From Escherichia phage ECO71P1: DNA of 64,000 nt. Location: the sequence record OP172789; one strand, 5' to 3'. Of the stretch, positions 63,696-64,000 are shown in pieces. The stretch's first letter is position 1. Every line of letters begins with the position of its first letter. The translations under genes and the position numbers were made by a program. Below the pieces are notes generated by a model. It was given only the letters and a program-made list of their open reading frames with translations. It was not told where the DNA came from and ran no database searches.

Positions 63696-64000
63696 ATGCC
63701 AAATAAAAATGATTCTATTCACAATACATATACTAAAGGCAGCGGAATGGCCTTTGGTGGCAGCATCAAAATTGACGCTCCTGGGATTCACATCCATAAT
63801 GTTGATGCAAGTTCTGATGTAAGCAGTCGTGATTTGTCCTTGGTCCTCAAGAATCAACTCGCTTTGGAATCGCGGTTGGATAGCATCGAGAAATCTCTCG
63901 AAAGTCTGCGCGACCAGCTTTATGGGCCTTGCCCCGTTGCGGATGAGTCTAAGACTGTTAATGTCAACTACGGTCTGATTGACAATATGCTTGGTGCTAC
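63696..64000 (+). CDS. hypothetical protein, 5' partial view (ORF continues past window end)
   Basis: ATG at 63696 after GAAGG; open frame to the end of the window. Confidence 0.45.
   Translation, partial: MPNKNDSIHNTYTKGSGMAFGGSIKIDAPGIHIHNVDASSDVSSRDLSLVLKNQLALESRLDSIEKSLESLRDQLYGPCPVADESKTVNVNYGLIDNMLGA

Overview
The window reads as a contiguous piece of a tailed dsDNA bacteriophage genome with contractile-tail (myovirus-type) structural genes; no integrase, tRNA or CRISPR array was found. The host is probably Gram-negative, given an Rz-like spanin with an embedded lipobox-bearing Rz1-like ORF and a GH19-type endolysin. Layout: (1) 1-546, non-coding region with 9-bp iterons, an AT-rich tract and a G-depleted CA-rich tract; (2) 547-12480 minus strand, about 25 small early ORFs ending in a VirE/D5-type primase-helicase and a primase-like protein; (3) 12641-30306 plus strand, replication and nucleotide-metabolism block; (4) 30332-58887 minus strand, endolysin and the full morphogenesis module, interrupted at 51888-52303 by a second iteron/AT-rich region and at 56771-57423 by two plus-strand genes; (5) 59066-64000 plus strand, small membrane proteins and a third fibre/spike gene. 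The most interesting candidate for an undescribed system is the cluster at 15283-19986 (flavoprotein, secreted protein, ThyX-like enzyme with an altered signature motif, HAD-phosphatase fusion, SDR reductase, membrane protein, VOC protein), which with the MazG-like enzyme and the phage's own DnaE-type replicase could be a thymidylate/folate or DNA-base-modification module. A second candidate is a C-terminal extension on the portal protein that matches the family I inorganic pyrophosphatase signature. All calls come from reading the sequence and ORF translations by eye; no database search was run, so family assignments are motif-level inferences.
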